A model generated the notes under the pieces. It was not told the origin of the DNA and searched no databases. It saw only the letters and a list, made by a program, of their open reading frames with translations. Of a stretch of 64,000 nucleotides of DNA, positions 18,985-27,688 are shown piece after piece. Position numbers and translations under genes: made by a program. Source of the stretch: an uncultured Acidobacteriota bacterium (GTDB lineage: Bacteria; Acidobacteriota; Thermoanaerobaculia; Gp7-AA8); contig CAWGHO010000001.1 of the NCBI GenBank assembly GCA_963822445.1, forward strand, positions 1,152,001 through 1,216,000, read 5' to 3'. The number at the start of each line of letters is the position of its first letter. Within the stretch, counting starts at the first letter, position 1.

Positions 18985-19697
18985 GCTGGCGCGATCGGCT
19001 GCTCCGCTTCATGCGCGTGCCGCACTCCCCCACACCGCCACCCGGCTCTCCGCCGCGAGTCTTTCGCGCCGCGCCGAACTATTTCAAGCTGCGCATGCTC
19101 CGCTGGGCCGGCACGCAGTTCGTCGCGATCCTCGGCCTCGTCGCGGCGATCTACTTCTTCCGCGCCCAGGTCTCGCCCCGCGTGCCGAGGTACATCGCCT
19201 GGGGCATGACCATCGGCGAGATCTTCGGCGCCGCCGTGATCCTCTTCGAGGCCACGCTGGGATGGCTGATCGTCCGCCTCGACTTCGACCTCCGCTGGTA
19301 CATGGTCTCCGACCGCGCCATCCGCATCCGTGAAGGGATCACCACCGTTCGCGAGAAAACCGTGGTCCTCGCGAACATCCAGAACATCGCCGTCCGCCAG
19401 GGCCCCCTCCAGCGCTTCCTCGGCATCGCCGACGTGGTGGTCAACACCGCTGGCGGCGGTAGCAAAGGCGGGAACGACATGGAGACGAAGAAGGGCGCCT
19501 CGGAGCCGATGCACGTTGCCTACTTCCGCGGCGTCGACAATGCCGAGGAGATTCGTGACCTGCTCCGCGAAGGGGTCCGCCGCCAACGCGACGCCGGCCT
19601 CGGCGATCCCGACGAAGTCGCCGATCGCGACTCCGATGTCGAGTCCGCCGTCGCCGACCTGCTGCGCGAGGCGCGCGCGCTGCGCTCCGTGGTGTAA
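18981..19697 (+). CDS. Bacterial PH domain membrane protein (YdbS/YdbT-like)
   Basis: Two TM helices; RWYMVSDRAIRIREGI...IQNIAVRQGPLQRFLGIADVVVNTAGGG. Confidence 0.8.
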   Translation: MSWRDRLLRFMRVPHSPTPPPGSPPRVFRAAPNYFKLRMLRWAGTQFVAILGLVAAIYFFRAQVSPRVPRYIAWGMTIGEIFGAAVILFEATLGWLIVRLDFDLRWYMVSDRAIRIREGITTVREKTVVLANIQNIAVRQGPLQRFLGIADVVVNTAGGGSKGGNDMETKKGASEPMHVAYFRGVDNAEEIRDLLREGVRRQRDAGLGDPDEVADRDSDVESAVADLLREARALRSVV

Positions 19698-19740
19698 GAC
19701 CGACCGGGAGGCCTCCGGACATCTGAGCCTTCCTGTCAAG

Positions 19741-20985
19741 TCAGGGAGCAGCTGTGGCGAGGGTTGAGCCTCGCGTGGCTAGCTGCCGCAGATAGAGAGC
19801 TTCGTCGTAGACGGTGCGATTGTTCCAGCAGGCGTAAAGGACGCGGATCCAGCGGTAAGCGAGCGTGCGGATAGCCTCGTGGTGGCTGTGTCCGCGCAGG
19901 CGTTGCTGCTTGTAGAAGGCTCGAGCCCATACGGACTGACCGATCGACACGCGGGCGTACTCATGGAACGTCTGACGCAGGAACTTCGGACAGGCCCAGC
20001 GCATGTGCACGACCGCCGTTTTGCCGCTCCGGCGGAGAACCGGGGCGATGCCGCTTCGGGTGGCGACGTTGACGGCGCTGCCGAAGCGCTTGCGATCGGT
20101 CCCGAAGGCGGCGGCGAGCCGCGGCGCGAGCTGTTGGCCGGCGCCAGGGAAGCTCGCGAAGATCGACGCGTCCTGGTGGGCGGCGAACGCCGCGGAGATC
20201 TTCTGGTCGTACGTGGCGATGCTCGTGTTGAGGGCCCGGATCTGCGCAACCTCGCTTCCGATCAGTAGCACGGCAGCGTCAGTGGTGACCTGATCGTCGT
20301 GGAACGCGACCTCTGAACGGATCTCGGCGAGCTTCTGGTCGATCCACGCGGCCGCGTGATGATGACCCGCATAGAACCTCCGTATCGCGGACGGCCGAGC
20401 CCTTTGGATGGCCTCGAGCGTCGGCCAGCGTTCGAGGAAGTCACAGGCCTGCGCCGTAATCAACGCGCCGGCCCACCGGAGCGCCTGCGGGTAGTACGTC
20501 TTGAGCCGATCGGTCATGCGTTGGACGTGTTGCGTCCTCTGATCGACGAGCTCGCGCCGATCCTCGGTCAGAAGCCGCAGCAGACGCGTAGAAGCGTCGT
20601 CGGCGATGAACGGGCGCAGTTCGTTGCGGTGCTTACGAAGCAGGTCGAGCAAGGACGCCGCGTCGGTCGGATCGTCTTTCGATAGGCTCGGATGAAACGC
20701 CTCACGATACCGGGCTGCACTGCGTGGGTTGATCGGATACAACGTGACGAACGGATAGCCGCTGAGCGCGTCGAAGACCGCGCCGCGGGACTGCTCGATG
20801 GCCACGGCGATCGGTGCCCCGCCGAAGCGCGCCTGCAGCGCTTCGATCCATGCGCGCAGAGCCGCAGGCGTGTGCTCGATGCGCTCGTTCGTGCACGTCT
20901 GCTGCTGCTCGTCCCAAAGAGCCACCTCGTGCGATGTGTCACCCCAATCCAGCCCCACCAACGCCCCAAACTCGAACTCGCTCAT
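19741..20985 (-). CDS. IS110 family transposase/recombinase
   Basis: DEDD domain (VGLDWG, AIEQ, KDDPTDA) and Tnp20 domain (FPGAG, GIAPVLRRSGK); ATG at 20985 after GGGAGGG. Confidence 0.93.
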   Translation of the reverse strand: MSEFEFGALVGLDWGDTSHEVALWDEQQQTCTNERIEHTPAALRAWIEALQARFGGAPIAVAIEQSRGAVFDALSGYPFVTLYPINPRSAARYREAFHPSLSKDDPTDAASLLDLLRKHRNELRPFIADDASTRLLRLLTEDRRELVDQRTQHVQRMTDRLKTYYPQALRWAGALITAQACDFLERWPTLEAIQRARPSAIRRFYAGHHHAAAWIDQKLAEIRSEVAFHDDQVTTDAAVLLIGSEVAQIRALNTSIATYDQKISAAFAAHQDASIFASFPGAGQQLAPRLAAAFGTDRKRFGSAVNVATRSGIAPVLRRSGKTAVVHMRWACPKFLRQTFHEYARVSIGQSVWARAFYKQQRLRGHSHHEAIRTLAYRWIRVLYACWNNRTVYDEALYLRQLATRGSTLATAAP

Positions 20986-21021
20986 CACACCCTCCCTTCG
21001 GTTGGCTTTGGCCGCGCGCAA

Positions 21022-21211
21022 GGCCTATAGTCGAGTCGTGCTCCGACAGCATCTGAGAATGCGTTTCGGGCCAAAGCACTTCGTCCCGCTCGAAAGTCCG
21101 GAGGGATTCGTCGATCCGAACACGGGCGGAATTCGTAGCGGGACGAACCCTTCTTCTCAGTATCGCGCCGCCTGAATCCGATTCTCCCGATTGCCACCCA
21201 ACGGGTACTTC
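21022..21211 (-). ncRNA. Candidate IS110 bridge RNA (structured non-coding left end)
   Basis: Nested stems on the minus strand: CTGAGAA/TTCTCAG, TTCGTCCCGCT/AGCGGGACGAA, TCCG/CGGA and TTCG-gatcga-CGAA, with internal loops; position matches IS110 bridge RNAs. Confidence 0.5.
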
Positions 21212-21256
21212 TCTGAGGGCTGAGGGAGAAGCGGAGAGACGGCCGGACAAGCTATA

Positions 21257-21372
21257 GGCGGGCCGGCCACGGGCCGGCAGGCGCTGGTTGTGCCTTCTGC
21301 CGAGCTCGCGGTAGCTGGCGCGGATCGCGTTCACGCCAACATCAGCGCCTGCCGGCCCGTGGCCGGCCCGCC
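21257..21372. repeat. Perfect 30-bp inverted repeat (REPIN-like)
   Basis: GGCGGGCCGGCCACGGGCCGGCAGGCGCTG (21257-21286) and its reverse complement (21343-21372). Confidence 0.85.
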
Positions 21373-21436
21373 GGAGGCCCCTCGTCGTTCCCTTTCCCCG
21401 GAACACGAACAGCCGCCCCCTTGTTGACCGCGCCGC

Positions 21437-23053
21437 ATGATCTCGTTCGCAAACGTCAGCAAGCAGTATGGCAAGCAGGTCCTCTTCGTCGAGGCCTCGT
21501 TCCAGCTCAACCCCGGAGAAAAAGCCGGGCTCGTCGGACCCAACGGCGCCGGCAAGTCCACCCTTTTCCGCATGATCGCCGGCGAAGAGCAGGCGGACGA
21601 CGGTCAGGTCAGCATCCCGAAGAAACTCGCCATCGGCTACTTCAAGCAGGAAGTCGACGAAATGAGCGGCCGGCCCGTCCTGGATGAGGCCATTGCCGGC
21701 AGCGGCCGGTTGGGCGATCTCCATCACGAACTGATCGAGCTCGAGCACGACATGGGCGATCCCTCGCGGCCCGATTACGACGACGTCCTCGAGCGCTTCG
21801 GCCACGTCCAGGAGGAGTACCAGCACAATGGCGGTTACGAGCTCGAAGCTCGCGCGCGCGAAGTCCTGCACGGACTCGGCTTCAGCGATGCCCAGATCGA
21901 CGGCGATGTCGGGGCGCTATCCGGCGGCTGGAAGATGCGCGTCTCCATGGCCAAGATCCTCCTCGGCAAGTTCGACGTCCTCCTCCTCGACGAGCCGACC
22001 AACCACCTCGACATCGAATCCATCGTCTGGCTGGAAGGCTTCCTCAAGTCCGTCCCCGCGACGATTCTCATGACCTCGCACGATCGCGACTTCATGAACC
22101 GCATCATCACCAAGATCATCGAGATCGACGACGGCGACATCCTCACCTACTCCGGCGACTACGACTTCTACGTCCGCGAGCGGGAGATCCGCGAGACCAA
22201 TCAGGAGGCCGCTTACTCCCGGCAGCAGGCCAAGCTCGCCAAAGAACAGCGGTTCATCGATCGCTTCAGCGCCCACGCCGCGAAAGCCGCGCAGGTGCAG
22301 AGCCGCGTGAAGATGCTCGAAAAGCAGGAACGGGTCGAGCCGCCGAAGAAGCGCAAGGTCATGAAGTTCGACTTCCGCTCGCCGCAGCGTTCCGGCGAGG
22401 ACGTGGTCACCATCAGCGGCGTGAAGAAGTCCTTCGGCCAGCGGGCGATTTACGACGGCTTCGACTTCCGCGTGCGCCGCGGCGAGCGCTGGTGCGTGAT
22501 GGGAAAGAACGGCGCCGGAAAATCGACGCTGCTGAAGATGATCTCCGGCGCGCTTCAGCCGGACGGCGGCGAAGTGAAGCTCGGGGCCAGCCTGAAGATG
22601 GGCTACTTCGCGCAGCAGTCGCTCGATCTGCTCGACGCCGAGCTCACGGTGTGGGAGCAGATGCAGAAAGATTTCCCCCTCGAATCCATCGCCGTCCTCC
22701 GCAGCCTCCTCGGCGCCTTCCAGTTCTCAGGCGACGACGTCGACAAGAAGATCCGCTCGCTGAGCGGCGGCGAGAAATCGCGCCTGGTCATGGCGCGCAT
22801 GCTCCTCGATCCGCCGAACTTCCTCGTGCTCGATGAGCCGACGAACCATCTCGATCTCGCAACGAAAGAAATGCTCGTCGAGGCGCTGAAGGAGTTCCAG
22901 GGCACGATGCTCTTCGTTTCGCACGACCGCACGTTCCTTCGCGGACTCGCGAACCGCGTGCTCGAAGTTGGAGAAACGCCGATGACTTACGGCGGGTCGT
23001 ACATCGAGTACGTCGAGAGCACCGGCCGCGAAGCGCCCGGCGTGCACGCTTGA
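21437..23053 (+). CDS. ABC-F family ATPase
   Basis: Two NBDs (GPNGAGKST, LSGGW, LLDEPTNHLD; GKNGAGKST, LSGGEK); no TM segments. Confidence 0.95.
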   Translation: MISFANVSKQYGKQVLFVEASFQLNPGEKAGLVGPNGAGKSTLFRMIAGEEQADDGQVSIPKKLAIGYFKQEVDEMSGRPVLDEAIAGSGRLGDLHHELIELEHDMGDPSRPDYDDVLERFGHVQEEYQHNGGYELEARAREVLHGLGFSDAQIDGDVGALSGGWKMRVSMAKILLGKFDVLLLDEPTNHLDIESIVWLEGFLKSVPATILMTSHDRDFMNRIITKIIEIDDGDILTYSGDYDFYVREREIRETNQEAAYSRQQAKLAKEQRFIDRFSAHAAKAAQVQSRVKMLEKQERVEPPKKRKVMKFDFRSPQRSGEDVVTISGVKKSFGQRAIYDGFDFRVRRGERWCVMGKNGAGKSTLLKMISGALQPDGGEVKLGASLKMGYFAQQSLDLLDAELTVWEQMQKDFPLESIAVLRSLLGAFQFSGDDVDKKIRSLSGGEKSRLVMARMLLDPPNFLVLDEPTNHLDLATKEMLVEALKEFQGTMLFVSHDRTFLRGLANRVLEVGETPMTYGGSYIEYVESTGREAPGVHA

Positions 23054-23448
23054 AATTCTCCAGCGCCGTCGGCTGCGTCGCCGGACCGGCGGTAGTCGGC
23101 GCGCTCGCCGGGTCGTTCATCGCCTGGTTCTTCGACGGCGGCCCGCCGATGGCCAAAGTCGCCGCGACGTTCGCCGCGGTCTACGGCAGCGCGGCCCTGT
23201 TTATCCTGCTCACGCTGCGCATCGAGGGGGAGCTCAGCCGCTCGTTCCTCCAGAGCGCAATCATCGGTTCCGCATTCGCGCCGAGCATTCTTGGCGGGCA
23301 CGGCTTCGCGGTGGCGCCCGCGTGGTACGTCCTGCTCCTGCCGCATCACGCCTCGTTCGCCCTCGGATGTATGGCCGTCACGTCGCTCTTCGCCTTCCCG
23401 CTCTGCTACTTCGCCGCGCGAGTGATGAACCCCACCAGCCGGCTCTGA
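23050..23448 (+). CDS. Small hypothetical membrane protein
   Basis: 132 aa, about four hydrophobic segments; TTGA overlap with the upstream stop. Confidence 0.6.
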   Translation: MKFSSAVGCVAGPAVVGALAGSFIAWFFDGGPPMAKVAATFAAVYGSAALFILLTLRIEGELSRSFLQSAIIGSAFAPSILGGHGFAVAPAWYVLLLPHHASFALGCMAVTSLFAFPLCYFAARVMNPTSRL

Positions 23449-23449
23449 T

Positions 23450-24502
23450 TTATCGCGCGAACATCGTCGCGAAAAACGGCAGGATGTGGCTGCGAAGGCG
23501 CTCCGGGATCCTCTCGCGGTGATCGCCGTCGTACACATCGAGTCGATGCGGGATGCGCAGGCGCGCCAGCTCGCGTGAGAACGCCGGCGTCGACGTGATG
23601 ATGTGGGCGAACTGGTCCGACGTACCGTAGTCGATCGCGATTCCGCGCAGGCGCAGCAGATTCGCGCGATGCGCGGCGACCTGCGCCATCGGCAGGCTCG
23701 CGCGCCACAGCTCATACGTCGCGTCATCGGGCAGCAGCTCGCCACGCACGAAACGAATGGGCAGGTCGACGAAGAACGGCGGCTTCCCGGGATTCGGGGA
23801 GATGGACGAGGCGAGGGCGTAAATCGCGACGGGATAGAAGTCGTACTCCTCGAGCGCTTTGACCAGGTCCGCTTCGGTCTTGAACTGAGTCGCTCTCTTC
23901 CAGGACGTGTTGCCGTGACCGATGTCGTCGGTCAGGTCCAGACAGCAGGGGCTCATCGCGTACACGGAGCCGAAGACGTCGGGATGGCGCATGGCCAGGC
24001 GAAGCGCGCCGAAGCCACCCATCGAATGACCGGCCACTCCTCGCGACGCCGGATTCGCGATCGTGCGGAAGTCGCGGTCGATCATCGGGACCAGCTCGCG
24101 CAGCAGATACGTCTCCCACTTTCCGCTCACCGGCGAATCGAGATAGAAGCCGCCGCCGAGGCGGTTCGAGCCGTTGGGCATGACCACGATGTATCGCGTC
24201 GCGCCGGCGCGGATCATCTCGTCCATCGCCGCTTTGATGTTCCAGTGCTTCGTCCAGTCGGTGAAGCCGCCGAAGATGCCGTGCAGGAGGTAGAGCACGG
24301 GATAGCGCGTCGTCGCCGCTTCGCTGTACCCCGGCGGCAGGTACACCGCCACTTCCTGCGCGCTCGGCTCTTTCAACAGATTGCCTTCCAGCGCGGCGGA
24401 GTTGATCTTCAGGTAACGGATCGTGCCTTCCGATTGCGCGGCGGCGGAAAGGCCGGCAAGACAGAGAACCAACGTCGCGACGAGCAGACGTAACCGTTGC
24501 AT
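23450..24502 (-). CDS. Secreted alpha/beta-hydrolase esterase
   Basis: ATG at 24502 after AAAGGAGA; signal peptide; VYLPPGY, YPVLYLLHG, GHSMGG, YDGDH. Confidence 0.9.
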   Translation of the reverse strand: MQRLRLLVATLVLCLAGLSAAAQSEGTIRYLKINSAALEGNLLKEPSAQEVAVYLPPGYSEAATTRYPVLYLLHGIFGGFTDWTKHWNIKAAMDEMIRAGATRYIVVMPNGSNRLGGGFYLDSPVSGKWETYLLRELVPMIDRDFRTIANPASRGVAGHSMGGFGALRLAMRHPDVFGSVYAMSPCCLDLTDDIGHGNTSWKRATQFKTEADLVKALEEYDFYPVAIYALASSISPNPGKPPFFVDLPIRFVRGELLPDDATYELWRASLPMAQVAAHRANLLRLRGIAIDYGTSDQFAHIITSTPAFSRELARLRIPHRLDVYDGDHRERIPERLRSHILPFFATMFAR

Positions 24503-24567
24503 GGAATCTCCTTTTGCAGGTTTGTACGTGCCCGACGCGTCGCGAGTTGCGGATAATCGCCCTTGCG

Positions 24568-25308
24568 ATGCACACCCGCCGCGAGATCCTCTGGTTGTTG
24601 CTCCTCGCACGCTGCGCGGCGCGGGAGCGCGTGGCGTTCGCGGAATCGGACGGACGCTTTTCGGCGCGACCAATTGCGCGAACATCAACCGGCGGCGCCA
24701 CTCCGCAACCGAAGCCGCTGAAACTGGGCGGCGAGCGCGACGGCGTTTTCTACGTTCCGGCGAAAGCCGTTTCTTCGCATCCGCTGCTCGTCTACCTGCA
24801 CGGCGCGGGCGGTTCGGGCAGCCGGGTCATTCAATACCTGACCGGTCACGCCGACGCTACCGGCACGATCGTGATCGCTCCTGACTCGCGCGAGCAGACC
24901 TGGGGCGCGCTGATCGGCGATGAATCCGCGGATGTCGCCTTCATCAACGCGGCGCTGAAGAGAGTGTTCGACCGCTATTCGATCGACGCCGCGCGCATCG
25001 GGATCGGCGGGTTCTCCGACGGCGCCACCGCGGCGTTGTCGTGGGGCCTGGTGAACGGCGACCTCTTCTCAGCGATCGTCGCCTTCTCCCCCGGAGGCCT
25101 CGGCGTCTCCTCCGATCCCGTCGGCAAGCCGCGCGTCTTCATCTCCCACGGCATCGACGACGAGATCCTTCCCATCGATCGCTGCAGCCGGCAGATCGTG
25201 CCCGAGTTGCGCGGCGCTGGATACACCGTCGACTATCGCGAATTCGACGGCGACCACGACGTGCCGGGGGACATCGGCGAAGCGGGCCTGGCCTTCCTGC
25301 TCAAATGA
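24568..25308 (+). CDS. Phospholipase/carboxylesterase
   Basis: LHGAGG, GFSDGA, SHG..D.ILP, FDGDH motifs; TRRE-containing N-terminus. Confidence 0.85.
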   Translation: MHTRREILWLLLLARCAARERVAFAESDGRFSARPIARTSTGGATPQPKPLKLGGERDGVFYVPAKAVSSHPLLVYLHGAGGSGSRVIQYLTGHADATGTIVIAPDSREQTWGALIGDESADVAFINAALKRVFDRYSIDAARIGIGGFSDGATAALSWGLVNGDLFSAIVAFSPGGLGVSSDPVGKPRVFISHGIDDEILPIDRCSRQIVPELRGAGYTVDYREFDGDHDVPGDIGEAGLAFLLK

Positions 25309-27088
25309 GCTTCGCTTCGAGCTCCGCCCACCGCGCGTAGAGTCTTTCGACTTCGCGCTGCGCTTCTGCTAGGGCGTTGAAGCGCTCCTGCAGTGCCGCG
25401 GCATCGGAGGCGATCGCCGGATCATGGGCGCGCTCTTTTGCGAGAGCCAGCTTTTCCTCGGCGGCGAGCACGTTCGCTTCCATCGCGTCGAATTCGCGTT
25501 GCTCGAGGTAGCCGAGACGCTTCGCTTTAGTGGGCAGCGGGCGGTGGGCAGCAGGCAGAGGAGGCTGTGCGGGAGTTGGACGAGTGCGATTCGCTTCCCA
25601 TTGCGCGTAATCGGCAAAGTATTCGGCTCCGCCCTTTCCGTCGATGGCCAGGACCTGCGTGGACACGCGATCGAGCAGATAGCGATCGTGCGTCACGAGC
25701 ACGAGCGCCCCGGGAAACTCGAGCAGCGACTCTTCGAGGACGTCGAGCGTGGGGATGTCGAGGTCGTTCGTCGGCTCGTCCATCACCAAGAGGTCGGCCG
25801 GCTGCAGCATGAGCCGGGCGAGGACGATGCGCGCCTTCTCCCCGCCCGACAATCGCGACACCATCGTCTCGAGCTGCTCGGTCCGGAAGAGAAATCGTTT
25901 GGCCCAGCTGGCGACATGAATGGAACGGTCCTGATACACGACCGAATCGCCCTCCGGCGCGAGCGCGCGGGCCAGGGTCACGTTCGGATCGAGGCTCTGC
26001 CGGTTCTGTTCGAAGTACACGACGCGCAAGCCATCGGCCTTCTCGATCGTGCCCGCATCCGGCTCGAGCTCGCCGACGATGATCCGGAACAGCGTGGTCT
26101 TGCCCGATCCGTTCGGGCCGAGGATTCCCAGGCGGGTGCCGGGGGTGAGGAGAATGTCGAGGTTGCGGAAAAGCTCCCGCTTGGCGAGACCGCGCCCGGC
26201 CCACAAACGTTTGGTCTTGCGCTGCGAGGCGTTGAAGTCGATGTCCGCGCTCGAGGTTCGCGCGCGATCGCGCGAGTCATCCAGCTCGTCGATCAGGCGC
26301 TCCGCGTTCTGAATGCGCGCTTTCGATTTCGTCGTCCGCGCCTTCGGTCCGCGCCGCAGCCACTCCACCTCCCGCCGCACGAGATTGGCGAGCGTCTCCT
26401 GATACGCGGCCTCGTTGCGGAACACCTCGTCGCGCCGCACGAGGAGATCGCTGTACGTGCCGTTGACCTCGAGCAGGCCGCCGGAGTACGCGCGATTCAG
26501 CTCGAGCATGCGCCTGGTGATGTTCTCCAGGAAGTAGCGATCGTGGCTGACGACGATGAAGGCCTGCGGATCGCTCTTGAGCAACGCTTCGAGCCAGAGG
26601 ATGGCTTCGACGTCGAGATGATTCGTCGGCTCGTCGAGGAGGAGCACGTCCGGCTCGCGAGCCAGCTCGTGCGCGATGGCCAGCCGTTTCCGCCAGCCGC
26701 CGGACAGCGTGTCGGTGATCGCGTCGCGATCGGTGAAGCCTGCTTTGCCGAGGGTCAGCGAGACGCGGGCGAACTTCTCGTGCTCGTCGAGTGAGTGATC
26801 CTCGCGCAGCGATTCGAGCAGAACCTCTTCGACGGTCTTCCCCGGCGCGAACACCGGATCCTGCGGCACGTACCCCACGCGCACACCTTTGCGCAGCGCA
26901 CGACGCCCCGAGTCGGCGTCTTCGATTCCGGCCAGGATCTTCATCAATGTCGATTTGCCCGAACCGTTCGGACCGACCAGCCCGACGTGATCGCCGTCGA
27001 AGAGCGTGAAGGACAGGTCTTCGAACAACGGCCGCGAGCCGAAGGACTTGGAGACGGATTCGATGGAGAGGAGGACGGAGCGGCTCAT
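25301..27088 (-). CDS. uup: ABC-F family ATPase, Uup-like
   Basis: Two NBDs, WLRRGPKARTTKSKARI linker and a C-terminal coiled coil ending LYARWAELE; start MSRSVLLSIE at 27088. Confidence 0.88.
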   Translation of the reverse strand: MSRSVLLSIESVSKSFGSRPLFEDLSFTLFDGDHVGLVGPNGSGKSTLMKILAGIEDADSGRRALRKGVRVGYVPQDPVFAPGKTVEEVLLESLREDHSLDEHEKFARVSLTLGKAGFTDRDAITDTLSGGWRKRLAIAHELAREPDVLLLDEPTNHLDVEAILWLEALLKSDPQAFIVVSHDRYFLENITRRMLELNRAYSGGLLEVNGTYSDLLVRRDEVFRNEAAYQETLANLVRREVEWLRRGPKARTTKSKARIQNAERLIDELDDSRDRARTSSADIDFNASQRKTKRLWAGRGLAKRELFRNLDILLTPGTRLGILGPNGSGKTTLFRIIVGELEPDAGTIEKADGLRVVYFEQNRQSLDPNVTLARALAPEGDSVVYQDRSIHVASWAKRFLFRTEQLETMVSRLSGGEKARIVLARLMLQPADLLVMDEPTNDLDIPTLDVLEESLLEFPGALVLVTHDRYLLDRVSTQVLAIDGKGGAEYFADYAQWEANRTRPTPAQPPLPAAHRPLPTKAKRLGYLEQREFDAMEANVLAAEEKLALAKERAHDPAIASDAAALQERFNALAEAQREVERLYARWAELEAKLI

Positions 27089-27100
27089 TAGAATTGCGCG

Positions 27101-27688
27101 ATGGTGCCCATTTCTCCCACCACTCTCGCCATCGCCCTGATCGCGATCGCCGTGGTGTTCTTCCTGATCAACCGCGGAACGCGGCGCTGGGAAGCGGAGC
27201 GCGCGGAAGAGTACCGCAAGGCCGCGGCGCTGCGAGGGTGGCAACTCGAGCTCGATCACATCGAGTACCGCTACCGCGGCACGACCGAGGGCGTGCCCTG
27301 GACGATGCGCGTCGGGCATTACCGATCGCACAGCCGTCAACGGCGGCCGGCGCTCTGGCAGACGACGGCCGTGCGCCTGAACGAAGGGGTCCTCATCGTC
27401 TGGCCGGATTTCGGTCAGGGCATGGACGCGATCACGACGCCGGGCGTCCCCCAGTTCGTCCTCGACCTGGCCATGCGTCCGGTAGCCATGGCCCTCGGCG
27501 TCCCCTCGGATGACGGCTCACTGCTCGCCGAGGCTCGGGGCGTCGCGGAAGGACCGAAGGGCTTCCTCCTTCGCGGAACGGATCCGAACAAGCTTCAGCA
27601 GTGGCTCGACAATCCAACGATCTCGATCACTTCGCCCGCCTCGCGCGCCTCGGCGCGCGCCTGGCCAAAGCCTATGGAGGATGAATGA
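27101..27688 (+). CDS. Hypothetical protein with N-terminal membrane anchor
   Basis: 195 aa; one TM segment; ATGA overlap with the next gene. Confidence 0.6.
   Translation: MVPISPTTLAIALIAIAVVFFLINRGTRRWEAERAEEYRKAAALRGWQLELDHIEYRYRGTTEGVPWTMRVGHYRSHSRQRRPALWQTTAVRLNEGVLIVWPDFGQGMDAITTPGVPQFVLDLAMRPVAMALGVPSDDGSLLAEARGVAEGPKGFLLRGTDPNKLQQWLDNPTISITSPASRASARAWPKPMEDE

Larger units (their letters stand above)
19722..21217 (-). mobile_element. IS110-family insertion sequence
   Basis: Transposase gene with a short right end and a ~225 bp left end; TCTGAG at both 19722-19727 and 21212-21217; no terminal inverted repeats; boundaries inferred. Confidence 0.75.

Noticed and set aside
25530-25566. 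Degenerate heptamer repeat near the 3' end of the Uup-like gene
   Set aside because: Short and imperfect, encoding a Pro-rich linker; not enough to call a separate element
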